64,000 bases of DNA from Haemophilus parainfluenzae (GTDB lineage: Bacteria > Pseudomonadota > Gammaproteobacteria > Enterobacterales > Pasteurellaceae). Below are positions 31,907 through 43,339 of this stretch, piece after piece. Under the pieces are notes generated by a model, which saw only the letters and a list, made by a program, of their open reading frames with translations, was not told where the DNA came from and searched no databases. Numbering within the stretch: the stretch's first letter is position 1; every line of letters starts with the position of its first letter. Position numbers and translations under genes: made by a program. The stretch is from contig JAGZBU010000003.1 in the NCBI GenBank assembly GCA_018369675.1, forward strand, positions 8,234 through 72,233. The letters run 5' to 3'.

Positions 31907-33808
31907 ATGGGAAAAATTATTGGTATTGACTTAGGTACAACAAACTCTTGTGTCGCTGTAATGGATGGTGATAAACCACGCGTAATTGAAAACGCAGAAG
32001 GCGATCGTACTACCCCGTCAATTATCGCTTATACAAATGATAACGAAATTTTAGTGGGTCAACCGGCTAAACGCCAAGCAGTGACCAACCCGAAAAATAC
32101 ATTATTCGCAATCAAACGTTTAATTGGTCGTCGTTTTGATGATGCTGAAGTAAAACGTGATATCGACATTATGCCATTTGAAATCACCAAAGCAGACAAT
32201 GGTGATGCATGGGTAAATGTAAAAGGTGACAAACTTGCACCGCCACAAATTTCTGCAGAAGTATTGAAAAAAATGAAGAAAACTGCAGAAGACTTCTTAG
32301 GTGAGCCAGTGACTGAAGCGGTAATCACTGTTCCAGCATACTTTAACGATGCTCAACGTCAAGCAACTAAAGATGCAGGTCGTATCGCAGGCTTAGAAGT
32401 TAAACGTATTATCAACGAACCTACAGCTGCAGCATTAGCTTACGGTTTAGATAAAGGTCAAGGTAACAAAACTATCGCTGTTTATGACTTAGGTGGTGGT
32501 ACATTCGACTTATCTATCATCGAAATTGATGAAGTAGGTGGCGAAAAAACCTTCGAAGTATTAGCAACCAACGGTGATACTCACTTAGGTGGTGAAGACT
32601 TCGATAACCGTGTAATCAACTACTTAGTGGATGAGTTCAAAAAAGAACAAGGCGTTGATTTACGTAATGACCCACTTGCAATGCAACGTTTAAAAGAAGC
32701 AGGTGAAAAAGCGAAAATTGAACTTTCTTCTGCACAACAAACTGATGTGAACTTACCTTACATCACTGCAGATGCTACAGGTCCTAAACATTTAAACATT
32801 AAATTAACTCGTGCTAAATTAGAATCTTTAGTAGAAGATTTAGTGGCGAAATCACTTGAACCTGTAAAAGTTGCATTAAACGATGCTGGCTTAAGTGCAT
32901 CACAAATTGATGATGTTATCTTAGTGGGCGGTCAAACCCGTATGCCATTAGTACAACAAAAAGTAGAAGAATTCTTCGGTAAAGCACCTCGTAAAGATGT
33001 GAACCCTGATGAAGCCGTTGCTATCGGTGCAGCAGTTCAAGGTGGTGTATTAGCGGGTGATGTAACTGATGTATTATTGTTAGACGTAACGCCGTTATCT
33101 TTAGGTATCGAAACCATGGGTGGCGTGATGACTACCTTAATTGAGAAAAACACGACGATTCCAACTAAAAAATCGCAAGTATTCTCAACAGCAGAAGATA
33201 ACCAAAGTGCAGTAACCATTCACGTGTTACAAGGTGAACGTAAACAAGCATCAGCGAATAAATCTTTAGGCCAATTCAACCTTGAAGGCATCAACCCTGC
33301 TCCACGCGGTATGCCACAAATTGAAGTAACCTTTGATATCGACGCTGACGGTATTATCCATGTTTCTGCGAAAGATAAAGGTACAGGTAAAGAACAACAA
33401 ATCACCATCAAAGCCTCTTCAGGTTTAAGTGATGAAGAAATTCAACAAATGGTTCGTGATGCAGAAGCAAACGCTGAAGCAGACCGTAAATTTGAAGAAT
33501 TAGTACAAGCTCGCAACCAAGCAGATCACCTTGTACACAGCACACGTAAACAATTAGAAGAAGCAGGTGACAAAGTTCCAGCTGAAGATCGTGCAGCAAT
33601 TGAAAGTGCATTAAGCGATTTAGAAACAGCTGCGAAAGGTGAAGATAAAGCGGCTATCGAAGCTAAACTTCAAGCACTTGCAGAAGTTGCTCAAAAACTT
33701 GTTCAAGCTGCACAACCGCAAGCTGATGCACAACAAGCTCAAAGCAACAGCAAACCAAATGATGATGTTGTTGATGCTGAGTTTGAAGAAGTGAAAGACA
33801 ACAAATAA
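31907..33808 (+). CDS. dnaK: molecular chaperone DnaK (Hsp70)
   Basis: It begins [18 protein letters not shown] and contains DLGGGTFD. The C-terminus is the usual [10 protein letters not shown]. Confidence 0.97.
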   Translation: MGKIIGIDLGTTNSCVAVMDGDKPRVIENAEGDRTTPSIIAYTNDNEILVGQPAKRQAVTNPKNTLFAIKRLIGRRFDDAEVKRDIDIMPFEITKADNGDAWVNVKGDKLAPPQISAEVLKKMKKTAEDFLGEPVTEAVITVPAYFNDAQRQATKDAGRIAGLEVKRIINEPTAAALAYGLDKGQGNKTIAVYDLGGGTFDLSIIEIDEVGGEKTFEVLATNGDTHLGGEDFDNRVINYLVDEFKKEQGVDLRNDPLAMQRLKEAGEKAKIELSSAQQTDVNLPYITADATGPKHLNIKLTRAKLESLVEDLVAKSLEPVKVALNDAGLSASQIDDVILVGGQTRMPLVQQKVEEFFGKAPRKDVNPDEAVAIGAAVQGGVLAGDVTDVLLLDVTPLSLGIETMGGVMTTLIEKNTTIPTKKSQVFSTAEDNQSAVTIHVLQGERKQASANKSLGQFNLEGINPAPRGMPQIEVTFDIDADGIIHVSAKDKGTGKEQQITIKASSGLSDEEIQQMVRDAEANAEADRKFEELVQARNQADHLVHSTRKQLEEAGDKVPAEDRAAIESALSDLETAAKGEDKAAIEAKLQALAEVAQKLVQAAQPQADAQQAQSNSKPNDDVVDAEFEEVKDNK

Positions 33809-33828
33809 TTTCACTTTAACCTAAATCA

Positions 33829-33856
33829 AAGGGCGTAGCGATACGCCCTTTTGGCA
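33829..33856 (+). terminator. Rho-independent terminator after dnaK
   Basis: The sequence is AGGGCGTA-gcga-TACGCCCT followed by TTTGG. Confidence 0.5.
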
Positions 33857-33928
33857 TATTCATTAAATGCCATTTTTCCTGACTTTATTTAAAAAAGTGA
33901 AGTCAGGAAAAATAAACCCGGAGGATAA

Positions 33929-34327
33929 ATGGCGTTAAAACTCTACCCAATCGTACAACAACGCTTAAATAACAACATAGCAAATGAGATAATCTCAGCC
34001 CTTTGGCAAAACAATCTTGATAAACTACCACAAGGCCACTGTTGTTATGGCATCTATTTTAATTATGCTACGAATCACCTAGCAGACTATGATTTTGCGA
34101 TTGCAAGTGAAGTAGTATTAGAGACAGATATTCCGGTGATTGAAATTGAAGATTTGAGTTTCTACGAAGTTTTTCGTTGCAAAGTAGATGAAATTTATCA
34201 AACATGGCAACTAATCTGGAAAAAAGAACAACAAGGTTTACTTAAGCGGGCTTATTCAGTGGATTTTGAAAAATACCACTCTGATGGTTTGGTAGAAATT
34301 TATATCGCTGTTGTACCACATTGCTAA
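33929..34327 (+). CDS. small GyrI-like (SbmC-like) ligand-binding domain protein
   Basis: The gene encodes 132 aa. The C-terminus SFYEVFRCKVDEIYQ...DGLVEIYIAVVP resembles the SbmC/GyrI end ...GQYAVAVARV...DIEMYVAVQP. Confidence 0.4.
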   Translation: MALKLYPIVQQRLNNNIANEIISALWQNNLDKLPQGHCCYGIYFNYATNHLADYDFAIASEVVLETDIPVIEIEDLSFYEVFRCKVDEIYQTWQLIWKKEQQGLLKRAYSVDFEKYHSDGLVEIYIAVVPHC

Positions 34328-34403
34328 GCTCAAAAGTGCGTAAAATTTTATAAAAAACGACCGCACTTTACCCCAAAACAAACACAACTTAAAGGAAAAA
34401 ACA

Positions 34404-35672
34404 ATGAAATTCGAAACGAAATGCCTCCATGCTGGCTATAGCCCTAAAAACGGTGAGCCACGTGTTCAACCTATCGTACAAAGCACGACTTATACCTACG
34501 ATTCTGCAGAAGAAATTGGCAAGTTATTTGATTTACAAGCTGCTGGCTATTTTTATACTCGCCTAGCAAACCCGACAACTAATGCAACTGAAGAAAAAAT
34601 CACGGCACTTGAAGGTGGCGTGGCAACAATGTGTACTGCTTCAGGTCAATCTGCGGTTTTCTATGCAATGTTGAATATTTTAGAAGCCGGCGATCATTTC
34701 ATTTCCTCTTCTTATGTGTATGGTGGTACTTACAATTTATTTGCCCATACATTCAAAAAAATGGGTATCGAAGTGACTTTTGTGGATCAAGATTTACCAC
34801 TTGAAGAACTCAAAAAAGCGATTCGTCCAAATACAAAAGCCGTCTTTGCTGAAACCATTGCAAACCCCGCTTTACGCGTGTTGGATATTGAAAAATTTGC
34901 TGCCTTAGCGAAAGCTGCAGAGGCGCCATTATTAGTTGATAACACCTTTGCAACGCCCTATTTTTGTCGTCCAATCGAATTTGGCGCAAACGTGGTCATT
35001 CACAGCACATCTAAATATTTAGATGGTCATGCTATAGCCTTAGGTGGCTCAATTACTGATGGTGGTAACTTTAATTGGAATAACGGCAAATATCCGCAAT
35101 TAAGCACGCCAGACCAAACTTATCATGGTTTGGTTTACACAGAAACTTTCGGCCCTGCGGCTTATATTGTCAAAGCACGCGTGCAATTAATGCGTGATTT
35201 AGGTGCTACACCAGCACCACAAAATAGTTTCTTATTAAATGTGGGTATGGAAACTCTTGCGCTTCGCATGCAACGTCATTATGAAAATGCACAGGCTGTA
35301 GCCGAGTTTTTAGAAAAACATCCGCAAGTTGTTAAAGTGAATTACCCTGGCTTACCAAGTTCGCCAGATTATGCCCTCAAACAAAAATACTTACCTAACG
35401 GTTTGTGTGGCGTTATTTCCTTTGAGATTAAAGGTGATAAAGAAACCGCGGCAAAATGGTTAAACGCATTGCAAATGACCTCTCGTGAAGTACACGTAGC
35501 CGATATTCGTACTTGTGCATTACATCCAGCGACTTCAACACATCGCCAATTAAGTGAAGCTGAATTAGAAAAAGCGGGGATTTCTGCAGGACTTATTCGC
35601 TTTTCTTGCGGTATTGAAAATATTCAAGATATTTTAGCTGACTTAGAGCAAGCATTCGCAGCAGCAAAATAA
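34404..35672 (+). CDS. metY: PLP-dependent O-acetylhomoserine sulfhydrylase-like enzyme (Cys/Met-metabolism family)
   Basis: The gene encodes 422 aa. It has LANPTT and the PLP-lysine motif VIHSTSKYLDGHA. It matches MetY/Met17 more closely than MetB in length and motifs. Confidence 0.75.
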   Translation: MKFETKCLHAGYSPKNGEPRVQPIVQSTTYTYDSAEEIGKLFDLQAAGYFYTRLANPTTNATEEKITALEGGVATMCTASGQSAVFYAMLNILEAGDHFISSSYVYGGTYNLFAHTFKKMGIEVTFVDQDLPLEELKKAIRPNTKAVFAETIANPALRVLDIEKFAALAKAAEAPLLVDNTFATPYFCRPIEFGANVVIHSTSKYLDGHAIALGGSITDGGNFNWNNGKYPQLSTPDQTYHGLVYTETFGPAAYIVKARVQLMRDLGATPAPQNSFLLNVGMETLALRMQRHYENAQAVAEFLEKHPQVVKVNYPGLPSSPDYALKQKYLPNGLCGVISFEIKGDKETAAKWLNALQMTSREVHVADIRTCALHPATSTHRQLSEAELEKAGISAGLIRFSCGIENIQDILADLEQAFAAAK

Positions 35673-35812
35673 GTCATAAATTAACGAATTTACCCTTGAT
35701 ATTTCTGACTTCGACATTATTTTTATTCTTAGGTATGTTGTTAACTCAATACCATACAATAACAAAATAAAATTTTTTAAATTTATATTTTTAAACGGAA
35801 AACGAAAACATT

Positions 35813-36949
35813 ATGGCAAAGAAAGATTATTACGACGTTCTTGGTGTTGAACGTGGCGCAGATGAAAAAGCAATTAAACGTGCTTACAAAAAACTCGCCA
35901 TGCAATATCACCCTGATAGAACCAAAGGTGATAAAGCCAAAGAAGAAAAATTTAAAGAAATCCAAGAAGCCTATGAAATTTTAGGTGATAAAGAAAAGCG
36001 TGCTGCTTACGATCAATACGGCCATGCAGCCTTTGAACAAGGCGGTATGGGAGGCGGTGGCTTCGGTGGCGGATTCAGCGGCGCTGATTTCGGTGATATT
36101 TTTGGAGATATGTTCGGTGATATCTTCGGCGGTGGCGGACGCGGTCGTCAGCGTGTAGTACGCGGTGAAGATTTACGTTATGACATCCAAATTACGTTAG
36201 AAGAAGCCGTAAAAGGTACAACCAAAGATATCCAAATTAATACTCTTGCTCACTGTGATAGCTGCGATGGTACTGGCGCAGAAAAAGGATCAAAAGTTGA
36301 GACATGCCCAAGCTGTCATGGTTCAGGTCGTATTCGTCGCCAACAAGGTTTCTTCGTAACTGAAGCGGTTTGTCCTACTTGTCATGGTTCTGGTAAGAAA
36401 ATTGAAAAACCATGTAAAAGCTGCCATGGCGAAGGTCGTGTTCACAAGAAGAAAAATCTTTCCGTTAAAATCCCAGCAGGTGTGGATACCGGCAACCAAT
36501 TACGTTTAAGCGGCGAAGGTGCAGCGGGCGAAAATGGTGCACCAGCAGGTGATTTATATGTGGTTATTCATGTTAAAGAACATCATATCTTTGAACGTGA
36601 TGGCAATAACCTCTACTGCGAAGTGCCAATCAGTTTCTCAATGGCTGCGTTAGGTGGTGAAATTGAGGTCCCAACCTTAGACGGTAAAGTGAAACTCAAA
36701 ATCCCTGCTGAAACCCAAACAGGCAAACTCTTCCGTATGCGTGGTAAAGGGGTGAGCTCTACACGTAGCGGCTACGCAGGGGATCTGATTTGTCGTGTGG
36801 TGATTGAAACACCAGTGAACTTAAATAAAGAACAAAAAGAATTATTAGAAAAACTGGAAGAAAGTTTGAAAGGACAAAAATCGCATAGTCCGAAATCTTC
36901 AAGCTTTTTAGACGGTGTGAAGAAATTCTTTGATAACTTAGGTAAGTAA
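35813..36949 (+). CDS. dnaJ: molecular chaperone DnaJ
   Basis: A J-domain (DYYDVLGV...YHPDR) is present. A Gly/Phe-rich region and four CxxCxGxG zinc-finger repeats follow. Confidence 0.95.
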   Translation: MAKKDYYDVLGVERGADEKAIKRAYKKLAMQYHPDRTKGDKAKEEKFKEIQEAYEILGDKEKRAAYDQYGHAAFEQGGMGGGGFGGGFSGADFGDIFGDMFGDIFGGGGRGRQRVVRGEDLRYDIQITLEEAVKGTTKDIQINTLAHCDSCDGTGAEKGSKVETCPSCHGSGRIRRQQGFFVTEAVCPTCHGSGKKIEKPCKSCHGEGRVHKKKNLSVKIPAGVDTGNQLRLSGEGAAGENGAPAGDLYVVIHVKEHHIFERDGNNLYCEVPISFSMAALGGEIEVPTLDGKVKLKIPAETQTGKLFRMRGKGVSSTRSGYAGDLICRVVIETPVNLNKEQKELLEKLEESLKGQKSHSPKSSSFLDGVKKFFDNLGK

Positions 36950-36957
36950 GCCTAAAC

Positions 36958-37006
36958 AAAAAGTGCGGTCAATTTTAAAACTGTTTTGAAATTGACCGCA
37001 CTTTTA
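36958..37006. repeat. USS inverted pair forming a bidirectional terminator (dnaJ / modC)
   Basis: The sequence is AAAGTGCGGTCAATTTTAAAACTGTTTTGAAATTGACCGCACTTTT. Confidence 0.7.
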
Positions 37007-37008
37007 CT

Positions 37009-38064
37009 TTATACGACTGAAATGGCTTTTATTTGTACATAAACATCCATGCCTTGAGCAAAATGTAATTCATTAAACGCCCATTTACTGATACTTGCCC
37101 AAACTTTATGCCCTTCTACCAATACCGCAATATCAATGCGATTCTCTTGCGGAACAATTTGTACAATTTGCCCACGTAAGATATTACGAATACTCGTTTG
37201 TTCTGGCTTGCTGAGAGTGAGTGATACATCGGAACTATAAATACAGACGCGCACTTTTTCATTCGCTTGATGATGCACTTCGTTAATCCAAAGCTGTTGT
37301 TTGCCTAAAGAAAGTGCGGTCATTTTATAGATTGGATTATGCAAATAGACAGGCAACGCCAACACACTACTCTGCTCCGATTCACCTTTCCAAGGGGCAA
37401 ATAACGGACTGTTCCAGACATTTTCTAAGGTGTCATAGGCTTTCACTTTGCCATTTTCCATCAACACAACGCGATCGGCCAAACGTAATAATTCGTCCAA
37501 ACTGTGCGTCACATATAAAATCGGCACATTAATTTCTTTAGATAAACTTTCTAAATATTGCATAAGCTCACGTTTGCGAGGCACATCTAAAGCAGAAAGC
37601 GGTTCATCCATTAATAAAATATCAGGATCAGTTAATAAGGCTCGCCCAATCGCCACACGTTGTTTTTCGCCTCCCGATAAAGTCAGTGGATAGCGTTTGA
37701 GTAATGGCTCAATACCAAGTAGCTGAACGATATAGTCAAAATCTTCACGGCTGACATGCTTCATGCCATAACGTAAATTGCCTTTGACGTTGTAATGCGG
37801 AAATAAACGAGCGTCTTGGAATACATAACCAATTTTGCGCTGATGCACAGGAAGATTCTCATCATTCTCCACATCCACCAAAGTGCGGTCATTTAAACGA
37901 ATAAATCCTTGATCAGGATGAGTTAAACCGCTCACTAAATTAATTAATGAGGTTTTTCCCGAACCCGACAATCCAAAAATAGCCGTCACACCTTGAGTTG
38001 GCAGTTGCAGATCCGCACGTAAGGTCAGGCGACCTAATTGTTGCTGTACATTAATGTGTAACAT
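37009..38064 (-). CDS. modC: molybdate ABC transporter ATP-binding protein (with a C-terminal TOBE domain)
   Basis: It has a Walker A ([11 protein letters not shown]) and the signature [15 protein letters not shown]. The C-terminus has a Mop/TOBE domain. The gene encodes 351 aa. Confidence 0.9.
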   Translation of the reverse strand: MLHINVQQQLGRLTLRADLQLPTQGVTAIFGLSGSGKTSLINLVSGLTHPDQGFIRLNDRTLVDVENDENLPVHQRKIGYVFQDARLFPHYNVKGNLRYGMKHVSREDFDYIVQLLGIEPLLKRYPLTLSGGEKQRVAIGRALLTDPDILLMDEPLSALDVPRKRELMQYLESLSKEINVPILYVTHSLDELLRLADRVVLMENGKVKAYDTLENVWNSPLFAPWKGESEQSSVLALPVYLHNPIYKMTALSLGKQQLWINEVHHQANEKVRVCIYSSDVSLTLSKPEQTSIRNILRGQIVQIVPQENRIDIAVLVEGHKVWASISKWAFNELHFAQGMDVYVQIKAISVV

Positions 38065-38767
38065 CGCCTTGCCCCAATTTTTTCTGCATCCGTTTGCTCA
38101 ATGCTTCGGAAAGCAATAAAGAAATTAATGAAAGGATCACCGCAAACAAGCAAAGGCGTGCTGTTTGTGCTTCTGCGCCTGGTGTTTGGATAAATGAATA
38201 CATCGCTAAAGGAATGGTTTGGGTTTCCCCCGCAATATTAGATACGAAGGTAATGGTTGCGCCAAATTCCCCTAAAGAGCGAGCAAAACCTAATACTAAA
38301 CCCGCCAATACACCTGGGAGAGAAAGGGGCAACGTGATTGTAAAAAAGACTCGCCAAGGTGAAGCGCCAAGTGTTTGTGCTGCTTGCTCTAATTTAAAAT
38401 CAATGCTTTCCAAGGAAAGACGAATCGCCCGCACAACCAATGGAAATGCTACCACCGCGGAAGCTAATACCGCCCCCTTCCAACTAAAGCCAAAGGATAC
38501 ACCAAACCATTGATATAAATACTTACCGATAAAACCGTTACGCCCCATGGCGACTAATAATAAATAACCGATTACCACCGGCGGTAACACCAAAGGCAGA
38601 TGAATAATCCCTGTGATTAGCGACTTACCGTAGAATTCCTTACGAGCCAGCAACCAAGCGATAAAAATTGCGAAGGGTAAACTCCAAAGCATAGAACTCA
38701 ATGCGACACTCATGCTTAAGTGAATCGCATCCCATTCCATCGGGCTTAATTGAAACCAAGAGAGCAA
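38051..38767 (-). CDS. modB: molybdate ABC transporter permease
   Basis: The gene encodes 238 aa. The EAA-loop region reads [20 protein letters not shown]. It overlaps modC by 14 nt. Confidence 0.9.
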   Translation of the reverse strand: MLSWFQLSPMEWDAIHLSMSVALSSMLWSLPFAIFIAWLLARKEFYGKSLITGIIHLPLVLPPVVIGYLLLVAMGRNGFIGKYLYQWFGVSFGFSWKGAVLASAVVAFPLVVRAIRLSLESIDFKLEQAAQTLGASPWRVFFTITLPLSLPGVLAGLVLGFARSLGEFGATITFVSNIAGETQTIPLAMYSFIQTPGAEAQTARLCLFAVILSLISLLLSEALSKRMQKKLGQGDVTH

Positions 38768-38812
38768 AATATTTCCTTGTGTATATATCGATATGACGAA
38801 ATTTCTTTAGAG

Positions 38813-38842
38813 ATAACAAAAAGGACAGTTTCCTGTCCTTTC
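38813..38842 (-). terminator. hairpin with U-tract between modA and modB (a possible partial terminator)
   Basis: The minus strand reads AAGGACAGgaaaCTGTCCTT followed by TTTGTT. Confidence 0.4.
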
Positions 38843-38861
38843 TTTATAAAGTCTGAGCTCA

Positions 38862-39623
38862 TTATTTCACAGAGAAACCATATTCAACAAATATTTTTTT
38901 CGCTGCGCTCGATTCTAAGTAGTTAAGGAAATCACGAGTATCCGCATTGTCATGATCTTTTAAAATCGCGACTGGATATTCAACCGGTTTATAACTATCT
39001 TTCGGGAATACACCTACTGCTTTCACGTCTTTACTCACTTTTGCATCAGTGCTATACACGATACCATAAGGGGCTTCAGCGCGTTCAACTAAGGCTAACG
39101 CACCTCGTACGTCTTTCGCTCGCGCTAATTTATCTTTAACTTGATCCCATAAATTTAATTTGGTTAATGACTCTTCAGCATATTGTCCTGCAGGAACATG
39201 CGCAGGATCACCCATAGATAAATAGCTGTCTTTTAAGCCTTTGATCCATTCACCTTTGGCAATATCCACTGAATTAGCGGCACTTTTGGCTGGTGCAATT
39301 AACACTAATTCGTTGCCAGCTATGACTTTCTCAGTCTCTTTAACAGTAAGATTCTTATCTGATAAATATTTCATCCATTTGTTGCTAGCTGAAATAAATA
39401 AGTCTGCTGGTGCACCTTCTTCAACTTGTTTTGCAAGGGTGGAAGAAGAAGCAAAAGAGAAAACGACGGTATTATTTGGCTTTTCAGTTTGGTATTGATC
39501 TGCAATTTGTTGTAACGCATCAGTCATTGAAGCGGCAGCAAACACAGTCACTTTTGCTGATACAGCAAAAGATACACCCATACCCGCAATTAAAAGTGCG
39601 GTTGCAAATTTAGTTAATTTCAT
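38862..39623 (-). CDS. modA: molybdate-binding periplasmic protein
   Basis: A signal peptide is present, and the FAAASMTDALQQIADQY...VFSFASSSTLAKQVEEGAPADLFISA region is ModA-like. Confidence 0.88.
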   Translation of the reverse strand: MKLTKFATALLIAGMGVSFAVSAKVTVFAAASMTDALQQIADQYQTEKPNNTVVFSFASSSTLAKQVEEGAPADLFISASNKWMKYLSDKNLTVKETEKVIAGNELVLIAPAKSAANSVDIAKGEWIKGLKDSYLSMGDPAHVPAGQYAEESLTKLNLWDQVKDKLARAKDVRGALALVERAEAPYGIVYSTDAKVSKDVKAVGVFPKDSYKPVEYPVAILKDHDNADTRDFLNYLESSAAKKIFVEYGFSVK

Positions 39624-39632
39624 TATTTATCT

Positions 39633-39658
39633 CCTATATAAATGAAACTATATATAAA
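39633..39658. promoter_or_regulatory. putative ModE operator (TATATA-N8-TATATATA) abutting the modA RBS
   Basis: The sequence is cTATATAaatgaaacTATATATA, which resembles the ModE half-site arrangement TAYAT-N7/8-TAYAT. It lies between divergent modA and modE. Confidence 0.4.
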
Positions 39659-39757
39659 AAAATATACTACGAATGAATTATAACTTGAATTTTTAAATAA
39701 GCATACAGAAAAACTTAAAGATCAAGTAAAATAAACAGAATTGTGTATTAGGAGGAG

Positions 39758-40528
39758 ATGATGAAACAAACTGAAATTTTACTGACGATCAAACTTCATC
39801 AAGAATTATTTATTGATCCAAAACGTGTTCGCCTCTTAAAAGAAATTAAAGAATGTGGCTCAATCAACCAAGCAGCCAAAAACGCCAAAGTAAGCTATAA
39901 AAGTGCTTGGGATCACCTTGAGGCAATGAATAAAATCAGCCCCAAACCGCTTTTAGAACGTAATATCGGTGGGAAAAATGGGGGCGGTACCTCATTAACC
40001 ACTTATGCCGAGCGTTTACTGCAGCTTTATGATTTGCTCGAACAAACGCAAGAGCACGCCTTTCATATTCTGCAAGATGAGACGATCCCGCTAAACAGCC
40101 TACTTTCAGCAACGGCAAAATTCTCCTTACAAAGTAGCGCGCGCAATCAATTTTTTGGTAAGGTGGCAAGCCAACATATTGTGGATTCCCGCTGCATTGT
40201 TGCAGTAAATATTCAGGATTTAGCTCATCCATTACATGTTTCGATCACAATGCGTAGTGCTGAACGTCTCAGACTGATAACTGAAAAAGAAGTGATGGTC
40301 ATGTTTAAAGCCCCTTGGGTGAAAATTAGCGCCACCCCATTAGAAGAAAAAAATAACCTTTTCCAAGCGACGATTCTTTCAATGCAGAATGAAGAAGCCA
40401 TTGTGCAAATAAAGGACAGCTCAATTGAATTTTGCGCGAGCATTCATAGCAAAGATGGTTGGAAAGTGGGACAAGAAGTCTGGTTACACGTGGATCCTGA
40501 ACAGATTATTTTAGCCACATTGAAATAA
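39758..40528 (+). CDS. modE: molybdate-dependent transcriptional regulator ModE (HTH plus two Mop domains)
   Basis: The N-terminal HTH (RVRLLKEIKECGSINQAAKNAKVSYKSAWD) is followed by GGKNGGGTSLT. Two C-terminal Mop repeats are present. Confidence 0.88.
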   Translation: MMKQTEILLTIKLHQELFIDPKRVRLLKEIKECGSINQAAKNAKVSYKSAWDHLEAMNKISPKPLLERNIGGKNGGGTSLTTYAERLLQLYDLLEQTQEHAFHILQDETIPLNSLLSATAKFSLQSSARNQFFGKVASQHIVDSRCIVAVNIQDLAHPLHVSITMRSAERLRLITEKEVMVMFKAPWVKISATPLEEKNNLFQATILSMQNEEAIVQIKDSSIEFCASIHSKDGWKVGQEVWLHVDPEQIILATLK

Positions 40529-40539
40529 TCCTAGAAACA

Positions 40540-40572
40540 AAAAGTGCGGTTAAAATTAACCGCACTTTTTTA
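40540..40572. repeat. USS inverted pair forming a bidirectional terminator (modE / yfbR)
   Basis: The sequence is AAAAGTGCGGTTAAAATTAACCGCACTTTTTT. Confidence 0.7.
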
Positions 40573-40579
40573 TTTTCGT

Positions 40580-41173
40580 TTATAACGCAATCTCATCAAT
40601 CGAGCGTCCAAAACTTGGCAAAAAAACCTGTAAAAAATAATCCATTTCTTGGCTGTGCCATTGTTCCATTAAATTTTCTAAGCGTTTTTTCGCTGTTTTA
40701 AATTCATGATTACCATGCTCTAATTCAAATTGAGCTTTAATATAGGCACAAATCAAATCCGCTTGTTTTACTAAATGCTTTTCTTCCGGGCTAAATTGCT
40801 CACTATCTAAATATGGTGCAAAACTCTCTTGCAATTCAGTCGGGAGCAAACTAATTAAATGCAATTCTGCAGCTGCTTCAATATCTTTATAAGCATGCGT
40901 TATTTCAGAATTGAAATACTTAATTGGGGTTGGCAAATCACCCGTAAAGATTTCAGAGGTATCATGATACATCGCCATCACCGCAATACGCTCAGGATTC
41001 ACTTCCCCACCAAAAAAGCGATTTTTAATAATGGCTAAGGCTTGTGCCACAAAGGCAACTTGCAGGCTATGCTCCGCCAAGTTTTCCTTTTCAATATTGC
41101 GCATCAATGACCAACGCTGAATTAAGCGAAGACGATCTAAACAAGCAAAAAAGTGACTGGTTTTAACTTCCAC
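40580..41173 (-). CDS. yfbR: HD-domain 5'-deoxynucleotidase
   Basis: It is collinear with E. coli YfbR (SHFFA.L.RL.LI.RW.LMRN...ENV.EHSLQVA.VA.ALA.IKNR.FGG.VN.ERIA..AMYHD.SE..TGDLPTP.KYFNS). Confidence 0.85.
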   Translation of the reverse strand: MEVKTSHFFACLDRLRLIQRWSLMRNIEKENLAEHSLQVAFVAQALAIIKNRFFGGEVNPERIAVMAMYHDTSEIFTGDLPTPIKYFNSEITHAYKDIEAAAELHLISLLPTELQESFAPYLDSEQFSPEEKHLVKQADLICAYIKAQFELEHGNHEFKTAKKRLENLMEQWHSQEMDYFLQVFLPSFGRSIDEIAL

Positions 41174-41182
41174 AATATATCC

Positions 41183-42205
41183 TTAATTAGACGGTAACTC
41201 TTCAATAATCACGGGGAGATCAATCACTTTACCTAAGCGAGAAATGGTAACGATGACTTCAGTATTCGGTTTAGTATCACTGATAATTTGCATCATTTCA
41301 CGAATAGACAGGTTATCTTGTTTATTTAAACGTAAAATCACATCACCTACTTGGATGCCCGCTTTCGCTGCAGGGCTATTGGCGGTCACGCCTGTAATCA
41401 CGATACCACCATTTGAATTAGCGGTAATTTCACTTTGTACCCCAAAATAACCACGAATCACGCGTCCATCGCGAATAATTTTATATAACACATCATTGGC
41501 AATACTAATTGGAATCGCAAAATTTAATCCTTCTGCAATTTCATTGGCTGTTTTACCAATACTTAACGTGCTGATCCCTACTAATTCGCCTGCAGAGTTA
41601 ATCAATGCTCCACCAGAGTTACCACGGTTAATTGATGCATCTGTTTGAATAAAGTTTTGACGACCTAAAGAATCCCCTACGGCACTACGCCCTACCGCGC
41701 TGATAATCCCTTGGGAAACACTTTGACCGAGGTTATACGGGTTACCAATAGCCAGTGCAATATCACCAACTCGTACTTGGCGTTCTTTATTTTGTGGAAT
41801 GGTAGAAAGATTGGTTGCTTTGATTTTTAATACCGCAAGATCCGTCAAATTATCCGAACCGATTAAATTCGCTTCATAAATATTGCCGTTTTGCAGTGCC
41901 ACCACAATTTGATCGGCATTTTGGATAACGTGTTTATTGGTAAGAATATAACCGTCTTTGGTCATAATCACGCCAGAACCTAAGTTATTTACCTGTAATT
42001 GATCGCTATCATTAATGCTGGCAGAAGAAAAAGATCGGTTGTACACGTTCACCACAGCAGGCGAAGCAATTCTCACGGCACTATTGAACGAAACGATATC
42101 ATCAGCAGAGAAGAGACTGCTGTTATTGAGCTTAGGAACGGCAAATAAAATAACGCCTGCCGCAGCAAGCCCCCAAAGGGCGGAATGGAAAAGTTTTTTA
42201 AACAT
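41183..42205 (-). CDS. degS: periplasmic serine endoprotease DegS (trypsin-like S1C with one PDZ domain)
   Basis: The gene encodes 340 aa with an N-terminal anchor. The catalytic triad context reads HVI, DLAVLK and GNSGGAL. A single PDZ domain (GIQVGDVIL) is present. Confidence 0.8.
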   Translation of the reverse strand: MFKKLFHSALWGLAAAGVILFAVPKLNNSSLFSADDIVSFNSAVRIASPAVVNVYNRSFSSASINDSDQLQVNNLGSGVIMTKDGYILTNKHVIQNADQIVVALQNGNIYEANLIGSDNLTDLAVLKIKATNLSTIPQNKERQVRVGDIALAIGNPYNLGQSVSQGIISAVGRSAVGDSLGRQNFIQTDASINRGNSGGALINSAGELVGISTLSIGKTANEIAEGLNFAIPISIANDVLYKIIRDGRVIRGYFGVQSEITANSNGGIVITGVTANSPAAKAGIQVGDVILRLNKQDNLSIREMMQIISDTKPNTEVIVTISRLGKVIDLPVIIEELPSN

Positions 42206-42207
42206 TT

Positions 42208-43338
42208 TTATTCTTTTATTAATAAGTTAGGTAAATAACTGAGCTTTAAATCATCCCCAATTCTTTCACATTCTTGCAATTGCCACAATGGGGCATCCGC
42301 AAGTTTTTCCAAATGCGGGAGTTGGCATAATCCTCGAGCTTTATCTCCTAAGAGTTTCGGGGCGACATAAATAATTAATTCATCTACAGCATGTTGTTCA
42401 ATCAAGCTACCCGCTAAATAGGCGCCCGCTTCAACCCAAATGGAATTCACTTGTCTCTTACCTAATTCTGTCATCAATAGATCAAAATCATAGTTTTCTG
42501 GCAGTAGAATTTGCTCACAGAAATCCGGGAATACAGACATATCTCGTGGAATTGAACCCACAAGCCAAACTGGCGAATGGGTATGGAATAATTGATGGTT
42601 TGGTTGAACTCGATTTTTAGAATCTAAGATGATGCGAATAGGCTGACGCACAGTATCTTCAGCATATTCCGCTTTTAGAGCATCGGGAAATTGATTCCAA
42701 CGCACGTTCAAACTTGGATCATCGGCTAACACGGTAGCACTTGTAGATAAAAGTGCGGTCGCTTTGGCTCGCATTTTTTGTACATCCGCACGAGCTGCGT
42801 CACCTGTAATCCATTTGCTTTCACCACTCGCCATGGCTGTGCGACCATCTAAACTCATGGCTAATTTTAGCTGCACATAAGGCTTGCCAGTTCGCATACG
42901 TTTGAGAAAACCTTTATTTAAGGCTTCTGCTTGTTCGTTCAATAAATTGACCGCACTTGGTATGCCTGCATCGGCTAACATTTTTAAGCCCTTGCCGGCC
43001 ACTTGAGGATTAGGATCGACCATGGCTGCGACAACTCGACTGACCCCAGCTTCAATTAAACCTAATGCACAAGGCGGTGTGCGTCCATAATGAGAACAAG
43101 GTTCAAGCGTCACATAAGCCGTTGCGCCTTTCGCGTTCTCACCAGCATCTGCCAACGCCACACGTTCTGCATGAGGCTGACCGGCTTTAAAATGAAACCC
43201 TTTCCCGACAATTTTACCGTTTTTAACCAACACACATCCTACAGATGGATTAGGCGTAGTGGTGTACTGCCCTTTTGCCGCAAGCTCAAGAGCCAGTTGC
43301 ATAAATTTCACGTCATCAGGGGAAAAGGTGTCACTCAT
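42208..43338 (-). CDS. ribD: bifunctional riboflavin biosynthesis deaminase/reductase
   Basis: The deaminase zinc motifs HAERVAL and TLEPCSH are present. A C-terminal reductase domain follows. The gene encodes 376 aa. Confidence 0.92.
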   Translation of the reverse strand: MSDTFSPDDVKFMQLALELAAKGQYTTTPNPSVGCVLVKNGKIVGKGFHFKAGQPHAERVALADAGENAKGATAYVTLEPCSHYGRTPPCALGLIEAGVSRVVAAMVDPNPQVAGKGLKMLADAGIPSAVNLLNEQAEALNKGFLKRMRTGKPYVQLKLAMSLDGRTAMASGESKWITGDAARADVQKMRAKATALLSTSATVLADDPSLNVRWNQFPDALKAEYAEDTVRQPIRIILDSKNRVQPNHQLFHTHSPVWLVGSIPRDMSVFPDFCEQILLPENYDFDLLMTELGKRQVNSIWVEAGAYLAGSLIEQHAVDELIIYVAPKLLGDKARGLCQLPHLEKLADAPLWQLQECERIGDDLKLSYLPNLLIKE

Positions 43339-43339
43339 A

